A stretch of 64,000 nt of DNA, taken from NCBI GenBank assembly GCA_030265395.1, contig JARFYF010000094.1, forward strand, positions 92,576,721 through 92,640,720, read 5' to 3'. The stretch comes from Rhina ancylostomus (Eukaryota). A program made the translations under genes and the position numbers. The notes under the pieces are model-generated. The model saw only the letters and a program-made list of their open reading frames with translations. It did no database searches and was not told where the DNA came from. Positions 48,796-61,464 of this stretch are shown in pieces (the first letter of the stretch is position 1; every line of letters begins with the position of its first letter).

Positions 48796-50842
48796 TGTTA
48801 TAACCATAATAACAATATTATTATTAGTCTTGAACTGCTTGTTCAAACTATAGGATTAGCACAGCTATCCTCCAGTAAACCATTCTATTTCCCCTAAAGT
48901 TTTGACAAGAAGGAACTCTGAATGGTTCCACCCAGAATGGTTGTTTGATGTTTGATCTGATCAGGAATAAGCTTGGAGTACAGCATGCCCACCTGAGAAT
49001 GTGCTTCCCCAGTGTTACTGGCAATGTCACTGTTTCATGCCAATTCAAGTTCCAGGCACTTTATGTGTTGGTGGAAACACCCTAGATGTCTCACTGTTGT
49101 CAGTGGCTCCAGAAGACTGGAAGAAACCTACCTTGGTGTGTCTCCACTGAAAGTAATAACTTGTCCCAAAAAGAATCCCAGAACATCACTGGGGAGTTGG
49201 GAGATATAGATTACGGCGGAGGAATCTCTACCTATTCTCTGGGATGTCCTTGATGACATCTGAAATCTTGGGAGGATGGTCCAGAAAGTGTAATAGATGT
49301 GACCAAGGGTTTAAACTCAATGATGGACAAGGGAAGGAGCAAGAGCAAGACAGGAGGCCATGCTCAGAGGAAAGGATAATTGGTGGGCGGACTGCCGCAG
49401 TGGTTACACGCATAGAAAAGGGCAAGGTTGTGGCTGATTTAGACAGGAAGATGCAAATTTAAAATTCCAAATATTGAGCACCAAGAGCCAATATTTACAT
49501 GAGTATCACTGTGATAGGCAAGTCAACTTCGCTACAGAACAGGTTAAAGTTTACAGGAGGTGGAAAATATTATCGGTCAACCCAGACAGGCATAAAAGAG
49601 TGTTTCAGCAGCAGATGTCCTGTGGTTGATTATGGAGATGGAATTATGATATAGGGTTAGATGCTCTAGAATGAGCTGAATACATTGTTAAAGTCAAAAA
49701 CAGTCTGGCCTCGTATAAAACAGTGAGGATGGATAATGGAAAGGATTCAGGAGGTCAAAGACGATGGCACAGGAACAATGGCAGGGTTGCAAGAGATAGT
49801 GATGTGGTGGATGTTATTGGATTTGATGACCCATGATGTGATGATGCATTAATAGCTTCTCAAATTGTGTTCCCTCCCCATGTAACACTAGATTGGGAGG
49901 ACTCAAAAAGGTTTTGCCATTGTGCACAGTTTTTCCCACAACCTCCACAGCTGCATTTTTTAGCAGAGTTCATAGATCAAAAAGGAGTTCACTGGACCAA
50001 ATGACAATTGGTGCTGGCTTCCAATTTAGAACATTCAATTGTGTAACCCTGGTGCATCACAGTTGGACATCAGACTGAAGTTATATGAGGAATGAGGTTA
50101 GGGGCGGTGAAAGAGTCATTCCACCAATGAGATAAATTTTGAAGACATTGGGAGGAAATGCAAAACANNNNNNNNNNNNNNNNNNNNNNTTCTTTGAAAG
50201 CATTGTCTTCAGCCACTGCCATTCCATCTCCTGGAACACCCTCCCTAACTGATCCTGAGATTTCAGATGAAGTCAAGAATACTCCCAGGGAGTATGCCAA
50301 CATTATCCTAGGTTCTAATCCACATTCCCCATCTCCACAATGCTGTTATGGGAATCTTTTAGGACAACTATTGCCCAAGGTGGAGAAACGTCAAGGCAGG
50401 TCTCCCCACACCCTATTGGCCATTTATGGTAGAGTAATGCAGAAGGGAGAAAATGCACAAATGGTTGAAGAAAAACTGAAAGAAATTCCATAGGTTTAGA
50501 GGAATGAAGCAGTGCAGAGATGTGAAGGATACTAATGCACTGAGAGACGTACGAAAGTAACCAAGGATGAAAGAGATGGGCAAGGAGTTCCCACTGGATT
50601 AGACAAATTGAAGTTTATGCAAGGAATGCAGCTCAAATGATGTCATTGATCAGGAGGTGCAATGGTTTCCCTGGTAGGCTTCTAGAACAGATGATGCTTT
50701 TTGTATGGGCGTGGAGTGCTCCAGCATTAGAGATGAGGAAGACAATGTATTAGTGTGGCATGATTGACTTCTCCTAAAAAGCTGTCACTTGACCTAACAG
50801 AGCCTTTAAGTGGGAAAGAATCAGCATTAGAATTCCAGTTGG

Positions 50843-51053
50843 AGATGCTGGTAATACAAAAGCAAAACACTCCAGGTGCTGGAAGTCTGATACAAAAACA
50901 GAAAATAAAGAAGTTGGAAATACTCAGCAGGTCAGGTAACATCTGTGAAGAGAGAAACAGAATTAACATTAGCTAACAAAGCCAACTGGTCCTGCTGTCT
51001 CCACTGACACTGCCTCGCCTGCTGAGTATTTCCAGTATTTTCAGTTTTCGTTT
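50843..51053. mobile_element. MER6/Penelope-like palindromic repeat
   Basis: Arms ggaaatactcagcagg / cctgctgagtatttcc in inverted orientation. Confidence 0.8.
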
Positions 51054-52479
51054 TGGTGATGACAGCAGTAATTGTGAGAAAGTAGTGAAACCCACATTGA
51101 ACTGTTTGGCAGCACAGGCAGTCAACTGATGGACTTGCATTATGTTATACTGCAGCACTAAATATCCATTTCAAAGGCTTGGCTGCTCAAGTTGTACAGT
51201 ACCAGTCTCATATTTTAAGTATCTGGAAAAGTGAAATCCTCCCTTTGGAGGGAAAGAGGAGGAAAGGTTAGTTGCTCCACACCATCTTCCAGATTCTATC
51301 AATAAGCTAGAAAATCAGTGACAGAGAAGGCAAACAGAAGGACATGTCAGAGATTATTTTTCTGTGAAGGTAAAAGAGGAAAAATTTTTAAAAAATAATA
51401 ATTTGACTATAAATCCCAATTTTCCAGAGTTGCTCTAAATAACTTCTCGATGACAAGTGTTTTTTATAATAATGTATTGCATAGATGGACTGGTTTCACA
51501 CTTTCTCCAAGGGATTTAGAGGGTGAAACCATTCTTGAGCAATATTGTAAAATGGACAATGAATTGCCATCCTGCTTTACATCTTGTCTGATTTTTGTGC
51601 GTTTAATTTGGGGGGTAACTTCAAGTGGTGTGTGATATAATGGCCAATTCGTATGCTCATTCAAGACCAATTTCCTGCATCTGTCTTCCACGCTGAAGAA
51701 AATGCCTGAGCTGTGTTCTTTAAACCAGAGCATTATTAAACCAAAACATTGTTGTTAGCATTTTTGTCTGGAGTAATGAAATAGTACCCAACTAATTACC
51801 AATTAACCTGTGATGTCAGGGCTATTCTGCATAAAAAACACCATAGTAGGGTGAGTGTGCCTCTCAGTTCAGCTTCAGGGAAGTGATACTTTTGTCAGCA
51901 GTAACTCCTGAAACTGTATTTCCACACCCCCCGCCCCCCTGTGCTGGGCGGGTGTTACTCTGGCAGTACAGACAAGTCNNNNNNNNNNNNNNNNNNNNNN
52001 NNNNNNNNNNNNNNNNNNNNNNNNNNNNNNNNNNNNNNNNNNNNNNNNNNNNNNNNNNNNNNNNNNNNNNNNNNNNNNCTTTGCTTTGACGGTGTTAATA
52101 TGGAATTAAAGACAAGTCTTTTTGGCCTCTGAAGATTTTGAGTCATAATATTTGTTTCCCTAATCTTGCCACAAAATAAAGCATTGAGTAGTTAATGGCA
52201 CTTTCAGTGCCACAGATCTACAATAAAAGTGCATATGCATTGAATTTGGAAAATCTGAAAGTTGTTTTTATAAATGACAGATAATGTGGGCAAGAAAAAT
52301 GGAAAGAAAGGGCTGTTACGCTTCTCCTTTGCCAGGATGAAGATGCATAATGCACGTGTCCTGTAACTAGCAGAGCTTCCTTGCACAACATTCCTGCAGT
52401 TATAATTCAGAGATTTCATTGGATTTAAGTAGTAAAACATGGGGTCACTGGAGTACTTGCCACCTTATAGTGTCCCTGC

Positions 52480-52735
52480 TTATAACACTAATACAACCAG
52501 ATGCACAAACAGTGAAACACACACATTGACTCCTTTCCTTGCCCTTGCATGTGAACACACAGAGAAGTGTCTGTTTCCCTCCTGTGTTTGCACAAGCAAA
52601 CACACACACAAACAGGAACAAATTCCTCATTGCTTCTTGCGTGCACACAAGTGCCTGTGCTCACTTTCACATTCAACCTATTCCCTGTTATTAACATACA
52701 AGTGTGCTTCCACACTCACATGCACACTGGTGCAG
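52480..52735. repeat. Degenerate (CA)-rich low-complexity tract
   Basis: Scattered acacac/gcacac units with pyrimidine spacers. Confidence 0.55.
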
Positions 52736-54574
52736 ATGGGCTGATATGAACTTTTGTTGCTAGATCTCCTTTTGTTGATTTTGTTTCTCTATTTTTCCAG
52801 ATAGATCATTCTTTCAAGAGTCTGCAAAGATCCCCTGTAACAACAGCTGCACAGGTCTTTACACACCCCCCCCCCCCCCNNNNNNNNNNNNNNNNNNNNN
52901 NNNNNNNNNNNNNNNNNNNNNNNNNNNNNNNNNNNNNNNNNNNNNNNNNNNNNNNNNNNNNNNNNNNNNNNNNNNNNNNAGCTGCACAGGTCTTTACACA
53001 CCCCCCCCCCCACCAAACTTCTTTTCAGCAGGTCGCTCACTTTAGAAAACACGCTTCATTACATCGCCTCTTACTTGAGCTGCAAGGGCCCATTCAAGGA
53101 AGATAAGCCTCTTAGAAATGAAGTAGCGTTGAGTTTAGGTTGTGACTGACAGCAGGAAGGTTTATCCATTGAGTGGACAATACTGCATTCTCTACATTAA
53201 TCTAGGAGGCGGACAATGATCTGTTTCTAGGCCACATCGCATCTCTTTCCCACAGCAGAAGGTGATTAGAGTTAAGAAACAGGGACTGAGAAAGAAAGCA
53301 GAGCACTATCTCTTCAGTCCTCCTGCTTCCTCCATGTATATTAAGGAAGTTCTAGGCCAAATACATCAATCACAGATTCACATTCAGGATGTGCTGGTTC
53401 AGCAGTTAGTGAGTGACAGCCTGGCAGGTGAGTGAAGGAATTACATGACAAAAGGTTTTGCCGAATCATTGTTAGTCCAGAGAACTAACAATCATAGACT
53501 GATTTGTAATTACTTGGAAATGTTTAAACAGCAGGAAGCAAATTGAAAGTTTTATGGTTATTAACACAAAAGCTAAAAAAGCAAAAAACAAATGCAAGTT
53601 AAATGAAGGACACTTATGCAAAGCAATTCTCCTCCCATCACATAACATCCTAATCAGGAAACATCTATATTCAGTCAACTCAAGTTTTATCAGATTCCAT
53701 TATTAAATATATCGTTTCCAATACTATTGTTGCATTAATAATATAGATTAAATTGTGAAAGAGGCATGACAGTATATCACTTCAGTAAAATGTGTAATGG
53801 AATTTCAAGTAAAAGTCAACCAAATTAAAGATTGTAATGAAAATACACAACCATCTGCTGATTACTTGTGGCAATGTAAGAGGTTTACAGTTTTTCTGGG
53901 TAATTATAAGGAACATCATGCAATATCCTCTCTTCAGAGAAGTGCCCCATGAATCACCATCTCTCTCAGCATGTCTCTGAATCACCATGAGTAGCTAAGC
54001 CTAGTTTTCACTCAAAACATTTTGCATCCAATATACATAAAATGCTGTTACAGATGTAGAATAATCATTGAAAAATGTAAATGATTTGTTGTCCTGAAAC
54101 CTAATGTTTATAGGTGTCTCCAATAGCTTCCGAAATAATTCCTACAAGCAACAATAGCAGAAATATGCTAGTATTTGGCAAATAATTAACTTCAACTTTG
54201 ACACATTCCTATTGTAACATCATAGGTGACAGGTTTAATTTGTATGGTGAGCAAATTAATTAATATGCAGCAATGAAATTACCAAAAAGGTAATTACCAA
54301 ATAATGGAATCTGCCTGGTTAGTGCAGACTGCCGAGTCCTGGATAACAAAGCAGACCTTTTTGTTCCCCCCCCACCCCAAAACAAAATATTAAATGACAG
54401 AACAAACAGCTACAGTCAGACATTGTAGTCACAATGGAAACTTCTCACAAAATTCATTCTTGATGGTCTTAGCACTGTGAACATGACCGTGACAAATTGC
54501 AGCTTATCCAGAATTTGCTGCCTGATCTAAACCATACACTATCCAGCCACGAGGGCACTGATCTGCACTGGCTC

Positions 54575-54915
54575 TGCCTCAGCTGGTGGAGCTATTGCCT
54601 CACCACTCCAGAGATCCAGGATCAATCCTAACCTCTGGTGCTGTCTATGCAGAGTTTGCACTTTCTCCCTGCGACATTGTGGGTTTCCTCTTGGTGCTCT
54701 GGTTTCCTGCCACATCCCAAAGAGGTAGAGGTTGGTAGGTTAATTGGCCACTGTAAATTGCCCCTTAGTGTACAGATGACTGGTATGTTATGGTAGGAGA
54801 GTTGATGTGTATGTGGGGTGAATAAAATGATAATACTGTAAATGGGTGCTATGTAGTCAGAGTGGACTCAATCGGCCAAAGAGCCTGTTTTCATACTGTA
54901 TAACACTAATTTCTT
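54575..54915 (+). mobile_element. HE1/V-SINE, near full length
   Basis: cagctggtggagctattgcctcaccactccagagatccaggatcaatcctaacctctggtgctgtct..gagtttgcactttctccct..ggtttcctgccacatcccaaag..taaattgcccc. Confidence 0.9.
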
Positions 54916-54999
54916 TATTCTATATCCCTTAGGTCGGTCAATTCAAATTCTGCTTGTAAACACTGATCTAAAGCGTTTCAGGAAGGGTTTACATGAAGG

Positions 55000-55265
55000 C
55001 TTGGTGATAGTACTATTGTGTCAGAGCTCCTGGAACTTGGGTTTGATCCTGACTTTAGGTACTGTTTATGTGGAGCATCAGATGCTCTGGTTTCCTCCCA
55101 TGTGCAAAAGATTGCAGTCGGTTAATTTGTTGCTGTAAATGACTCCTTTCATGTAGGCAATTGGCAAAATAACCAAAGAGAAGTTGATGGACACGTGAGA
55201 GAGAGAAGGGGGCAGAGGGAAAATAAGGAGTGTTGCAATAAGCAAGGGTATATATGTACACACTG
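55000..55265 (+). mobile_element. Decayed V-SINE
   Basis: cagagctcctggaacttgggtttgatcctgact..gatgctctggtttcctccca..ggttaatttgttgctgtaaat. Confidence 0.7.
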
Positions 55266-55274
55266 TGGTCAGAA

Positions 55275-55400
55275 GACCTGCTGGAAATCTAAAAAAAACA
55301 GAATGCTGGAAGTATTCAGCAGATCAGGCAGCATCTGTGGAGAGGGAAACAAACAGATTGCCTTTGGGTTGATGACCTGAAAGATTGAACTATTTTCTGT
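55275..55400. mobile_element. MER6/Penelope-like repeat
   Basis: aaacagaatgctggaagtattcagcagatcaggcagcatctgtggagagggaaaca. Confidence 0.75.
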
Positions 55401-56399
55401 CTCACTGCATAATCTATTTCATGATCCAGAAAATTTAGGTCAACCAGAAATGGCGAGTGCTACATTTTAACGTCTGCAAGAAGAGAATAAAGATGCTGGA
55501 AATGGCAAGGTTTAAGGAACCTTTATTTCCAGAAATAGCTTGAAGAAGCTCTTCAGCAATTTAGTTCAAAACTGTCTTTTTGGGATTTGAACTGTTTATT
55601 TTACAGGTCAGATTCTAGGCCACTGGAACAACAAAGAACACGCACAACTTGGGATCTCAGTTTTATTCTCCAGTCACCTGTTTCCAAGTGGCTGGGGAAG
55701 ATCTCCCAGAAGAAAGCTGAGTGGATAACAAGACGACAGATAGTGGCACCTCTTAGTCTCACTTTCATTTCCACAGCTGAGACACAGCTCTCTGTGGGGA
55801 TAAAAGTGGGAAATCCTACTTCAGGTGGGTCTTGGTCACTCTATAGCAGGCAATGCTTCACATATATATTAGACTAATGCTGCCAGAAGCCAAACTGCTG
55901 CCAGCAAAAGAGCAGAAAGATCAGCAGCTTTACGGAGACTTGAGAAGGCAGAAGTGTAGTTATGTGTGAAGCTTCACCCCTGGCACTGACTCATATGTGG
56001 CGTCATTAGAGCTACTGGATACTGGCATTCATGTGGAGGTCTGGCTTAAGCACCAGCTGCTATTACAGTGCCACTCCAATCATAATTTTATGGAACGCCA
56101 TCAGCCCAGACATGTCTGCTTAGTGGACTTTGGCAAGGAGTAGGCCACACTCAATGTCCAGTGGTCTGCATGGTTTAGGGTTATGCCACATTGATTCCAG
56201 CAGCACCAGGTGGTTTTTCTCTGTACCCTGTTCCAATATTTCATCCCTGGACATTTAGAGTCTTGTAGACTAGATTGGAAAAGATGTAAAAAAAACTTTG
56301 CTGGATTTTCCCCAGCTTTTCCATTCATCAGCACCAGCTCTCAACCATAGAATAGAGGTAACGATGGGACAAAGCAGGTGAAGATAACAGACAAAAGAG

Positions 56400-57230
56400 C
56401 AAATTGCATTTAAACAACCTTTTGCATATCCTTTGCACCTAATGAAGTGTATTCACTATTGTAATGTAGCAAACATGACGAACAATTTCTGCATAGCAAG
56501 CACTCACAATCAGTACTGAAATAATAAAAAAGGTTGTCTGTTTTAGGTATACTGATTGAAGGATAATTATTTAACAGGGCTCAGAGATTTGTTTTCAAAA
56601 ACATTCCATGGGATCTTTCACATTCATGTGAGAGATCAGTCTGGGTCCTGACTTAACATCTCAGGGGCACTAATACCAGTATGGACTGGTTGGGTTGAAT
56701 GGCCTGTTTTTTTCCCAATCTTTTTTTATTAGTTTTTCAAATCAATACAAATGGCATATGGCATCAAAGTTTGTACATATCTTACAAAGAGATCTGGTTA
56801 TCACTCAGATAACGATACAACAAATATTGAAAAAACAAAGTCCACGATCTCTTAGTTAATGAAGAGAGTATAAAAAAAGGAAAAAAAGGTTTATTATATA
56901 CATTAGAAAGAAAAAACCCAAATCAATATATAAAGAAATTATAAACAATATAAAGTAAGCAAACAAAAATTAAAAAAAAACTGGGCCAAAATTTCTCAAT
57001 AGAAACAAAGCAATATTATGTTGTCAACTCCGTTCCTCTGAATTAAAAAGTTAATGAAGGGGGATCTACATCATGTGAAAATTGCCTGTTTTATTCCCAT
57101 GTCATTTAAGAGGCACTGCTTCTGACAGTGCAGCATTCCCTCTATCCTACCTGAGCATCACATCACTTTATTGTGACTCAAACCAGAGAAAGCAGAGATA
57201 AGAGTGCTATTAACAAGGTAGCTGCCTAGA
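56400..57230 (-). mobile_element. Deu-domain SINE split by later insertions
   Basis: 3' part 56400-56665 (gcatagcaagcactcacaa..ccatgggatctttcacattca) and 5' part 57105-57230 (tctgacagtgcagcattccctc). Confidence 0.7.
56711..57083 (-). mobile_element. 5'-truncated L1/Tx1-type LINE with 9-bp TSD
   Basis: Flanked by GCCTGTTTT at 56702-56710 and 57084-57092; minus strand ends aataaaaaaaagattgggaaaaaaa; T-rich 3' UTR; ORF end FHMM(W>stop)IP. Confidence 0.8.
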
Positions 57231-57764
57231 CAGAGCATTTAGGGAGATAATGTCATTCTCAACAGTTTCTGATTTCCTAAGAACTAAACATTTCCTGATT
57301 TCTTCATATTCTGTCCAATCTGTTATATCTGCCTCAAGTAACTCATGATATGGTGTTCTGTAGAAGGCAAAAGGACATCATCGGTTCTGATTAGTGATCT
57401 GTCAGTTGTAATGAGAAACACAATAGTGCCTATCATACTTCACTGGCAGGGGGTGGGGGTGTGAGATGGTGGGACCTTTTTAAATTCTAATAAGAAACTC
57501 ACCAGGAACCTGTCGAGTATTGAGTGCAGCTTACTGACTATCACTCAAAATAACTATTTGTCATAATGCCAATATCCCTTTCCTCAAAGTTTCGGATAGT
57601 TTTGAAATGCTATTTGCTCTAGGAACGAGTAACACTGCAGACTACAAAGTAATCTGCAAAAGCCTTTTAGTGAGCTCTCACACTTGAATGTGCTTTGGAG
57701 TCAGGTCAGGAATCTCAATTTATAGCGCTCCCTAAGTTGCTAGAAGTTGGAATGGGACACAGGA

Positions 57765-58030
57765 AGGAGATGTTAATTGACAGAATCCAATCTTATTATT
57801 AAAGCCTTGTCAAAGGACCACAAAAATGGATTGAGACAGCTAATCATGATATTCAATATTTCTCCGGATGAGAGAAAAACAAGTTCAAAACACTTGAAGC
57901 TCTCGAACGGTATTACAAAAGCCACAGCCTGTCGTTCAGCCATTACAGAAAACCATGATCGGAAAACACTTGCACTGTCTGTGTAATAGTGTATTAGAGA
58001 GAGAGGCTAAATAACTGCAGTTGATTANNN
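57765..58030. promoter_or_regulatory. Candidate conserved non-coding element
   Basis: TTAATTGACAG, TGTCAAAGG, CTAATCA; several retained CpGs; no repeat recognised. Confidence 0.35.
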
Positions 58031-58984
58031 NNNNNNNGATTAACAACCCAGCTTAATGTACCTATGCTGGGCTTGACATACATTCATCCCGCATTTCAAT
58101 GGCCGCCCTCCAACTCTTATCTCTGCACGTTTCAAATTCCCACAAACATGCTGTCACAGCACAGCTTATGAACGATTCCCAGACAAGTGCTGCTGTGTGG
58201 TAACTTTCCTCTCTTCTGCAAACACTGACCTCCCAGGTGGTCAGGAAGTGGCTGGCTGAGCCAAGACTTTACATTTAACTCTTCCTGGACAAGAATGCAA
58301 GGAAACTGAATAAAATTTAGTTGAGTTAACCACGACAAGTTTTTTTGTTGGCTGATACCATGTATTTATTCCTGCTATATCACACATAGGGTAGTTTACA
58401 AATTTAGTGTTGTTACTTTGCACTGCCTAGGGCAGACATGCCAGTATCTTCTCTTCTTGATCTTGTTTGTACGTCTGGGAGGTGGCCTGGTTATTTGACT
58501 GTTCAAGTATGAAGGATGAGGCATGGGGGCTGGGGTCAGTGTGCAGATTAGCCTGTGAGCTCTACGATAGACACTCCAGGTTTTCATTTCAGCTCTTTAA
58601 TGAGGCTGAACTCTGACCCAGACTGATGAGTTCCATACCTGTCCTGGTGTGCTTTCTTCTAAAAAACATCTGACACCAGTTCTCTGTCTGACATGGATGT
58701 GACTAATGAATTCTCAGAATAAAGTAATGGCTTACAATTAGTTACTTGCAAGAATTTAAACTTCTTAATAGATTTGCATTCCCTGACTTGATGGGTAAAG
58801 TATGAACAACAGAAATTAAGAAACTTGAAAAGAACAAAAAAGATTCTATTCACATTTTCCAACTAATTTTACTGAATCTATATAATTCCATGTTCCATGA
58901 GAGAAGGGTGGGTTTATATGTGACTCACCTTCTGAACATCTGCGAACAAATATTAGATAATTTGGTTCTAATGTTGGGAATCAA

Positions 58985-59125
58985 AATCCACTGCAAATAC
59001 TGGAAATCTAAAATAAAAGAAGAACATGCTGGAAGTTCACAGGAAGCCCATGAGTATCTGTAGAGGCAAATTAATGTTTGAGATCCTTCAACAGCTCAAC
59101 TCCTTTTTCCTAAAGATGCTGCATA
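58985..59125. mobile_element. Decayed MER6/Penelope-like repeat
   Basis: actgcaaatactggaaatctaaaataaaagaagaacatgctggaag...tatctgtagag. Confidence 0.55.
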
Positions 59126-60189
59126 ATTAAAAAGAACCATTCTATTGTTATTGTCTTTTTACACCTTATGACAAAATATATTGTTTTAATGCACTTCTGC
59201 TTTACCCAATATCAAATAATAAATGAACACATTAGCTCAAAATGAAGGTCTTAGTCTCCACTTCCTGTTCAACTATACCAGAGAGCAAAAATTCTAATCA
59301 ACAAACTTAGACACAAACATAACATGCTTGTGAAAAAGTGTCTAGTTGTTCTAGAAAATCTCCTTCACTACTTTTCTGTAAGCAGATTTCATGCCATTTC
59401 TGGTCTGCACCTCACAGTTGAATAACTAGAGAGATGATAACACTGAGCAGCACTTGTTATAGGAAATTGGTTGACTAATAGATGCCTTTGCATGATCTTC
59501 AGGATTCTGAAAGGCAGACTCATTGGACCAAACATTACTGGCACAAGGCAACAGTTTGCGCCAAACTCCCAGCATTTACGCCTGCATATGCAAAGAGGAG
59601 TCCTGAATTTGCTCCCAGATTCTTGAGAGTAAACCTTGGTCTCAGATCCTTTGCTGGGGAGTCTGCTCACTGATGCTATGTCAGGTTTCACTTGGGGCTG
59701 GGTTCGTGAGCCTAGAAGGAAAGGTAATATTAATTTTAATTATTTGTTTTCACTGCAATGTATTTAATTATTCATGTGTTTTTAAATGTCTTTAGATTTT
59801 TTTATATTTTAGCCATTTGAAAATATTATTTAATTGTAATGATTTTTGGATGTCTCTATCAAAGGTTTCCTGTGCAGTTTTTCTCTGACCAACCCACATG
59901 TCCATATCATGCAGAATGAGGCTCCGGTGCTGTGCAGGACCTTGCTGTTTGGATACAGAATACTCTTGGCCTAATGGGTCTGAACGAAGTAAGTGCAAGG
60001 GAACAGGAAATCTGAGTGATGAGGGCTGGCGGCAGACCTCAGGTTAACAACACTCCCATGAGATGAAGCTAAGTGCCAATCTGCCTTAGTTTATAAATAG
60101 CAAATAAATGTACCGCCTGATGCTTATAATAAATCTTATTTAATTTCACATTATTTCAGTCAGCCTCCTTGTAATGTTACTTTTCAGCC

Positions 60190-60440
60190 TCAGGTGCTCA
60201 AGACTGTTTCCAGAAACTCCGATAAAGGAATTGTTTCTAGATGTGAGAGAGTCCAGGAGAAGGGAGTCTAAATTTATCAAATGGGTCAAATTAAGAACCT
60301 AGAATTAGTTACCACATGGGGTGATTGAAATAGATAACACTGTGGAATGACACTCTGTGCACACCTGAGGAAGCTGAAATCAGAGCAGAAAATCACCAAA
60401 AATTAGGAGTGTTATCACCAACTTGTTAAATCAGATGTGG
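60190..60440 (+). mobile_element. Decayed CR1 3' fragment
   Basis: gaattgtttctagatgtgagagagtccaggagaaggg...ctgtggaatgacactct..ctgaggaagctgaaatc. Confidence 0.5.
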
Positions 60441-60938
60441 GAGTTTCAGCCATGCAAATATAGAAGACCCAAAGCTTGGTTCTTGCTCTGTATCATGTGA
60501 AATACTTTCAAATATTCAGTGGTCAGGGTACAACAATTAGCCTCAGTATATGTAGAGACTGGCTCAATGAAATCTGTAAGAAAAATGGACACACTGTATG
60601 TGGCTATCAGACTGGGGGCAGCTTCATATTTTCTACTGAGGGCCTTTGCAGTTGACACATTCTGTCTGGGTTCATGTTGAAATGCAAACTTTGGGGTGAG
60701 ATGACATTATTGCCTATGGAACTCTATCCTTATACAAATCAGTGGCTTCAGGATAAATTGGATTATATACCATGTTCATCAATTCCATGCCATCCTCTGA
60801 TTCTTTGTACAACATTTAATATCACTATATATAATTTTTTTTACAATAACTTTCATCTTGTCATTTCAGACCAAGTGTTATCATAGAAACTGCCTGAACT
60901 TCAATTCCATGAAATTAGCAGAAAAATAATAGTGGATA

Positions 60939-60994
60939 AGCTGAATATTTTGGAGTAAAGTTTTGATGCCAGCTTTACTCCAAAATATTCAGCT
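60939..60994. repeat. Perfect 22-bp inverted repeat with 12-nt spacer
   Basis: agctgaatattttggagtaaag-ttttgatgccag-ctttactccaaaatattcagct. Confidence 0.95.
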
Positions 60995-61464
60995 CAAAAA
61001 TGAAAATCTACCCTGCGCTTTGAAAAGTCTGTCCATTGAATATGGAAATACTTGTTGGTACTTAAAGAACACTTTGGAGCTGAGACTGTGAGACAAAGAC
61101 ATGTGTAGAACTACCGTGATATAAGAAAAGCATTCAGATTCAAACTTCATTATTAATATACCAGAAATTGTCAATAAATAATATGGCATAAACTAAAGGG
61201 GATTTTAAAAAAGCTCAAAGAAATTGCATAAATTATTGCACTACATTCTCACATAATATTACTCCAGCATCCCTGGAATTCAACTGGTAGTCAATGGTTT
61301 TAAAAACATCAAGCCACATGCTGAGATTCAGACAAAATATTCAGCTCAAGAATGATATTCTTATCTAATCAATGAATGAAAACTTAGAAAAAAAGAATGT
61401 CAAGCCTTTTTTTTGGCTCAGTTCATACCCAATGTTATTTTATATACTCAAGAAGGTCTAGGAA

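Noticed and set aside
52439-52749. Overlapping Cys/His/Thr-rich ORFs on both strands
   Set aside because: Product of degenerate (CA)n low-complexity sequence
52844-53011. Direct repeat ending in poly-C on both sides of a 100-N gap
   Set aside because: Homopolymer-induced assembly break, not a real duplication
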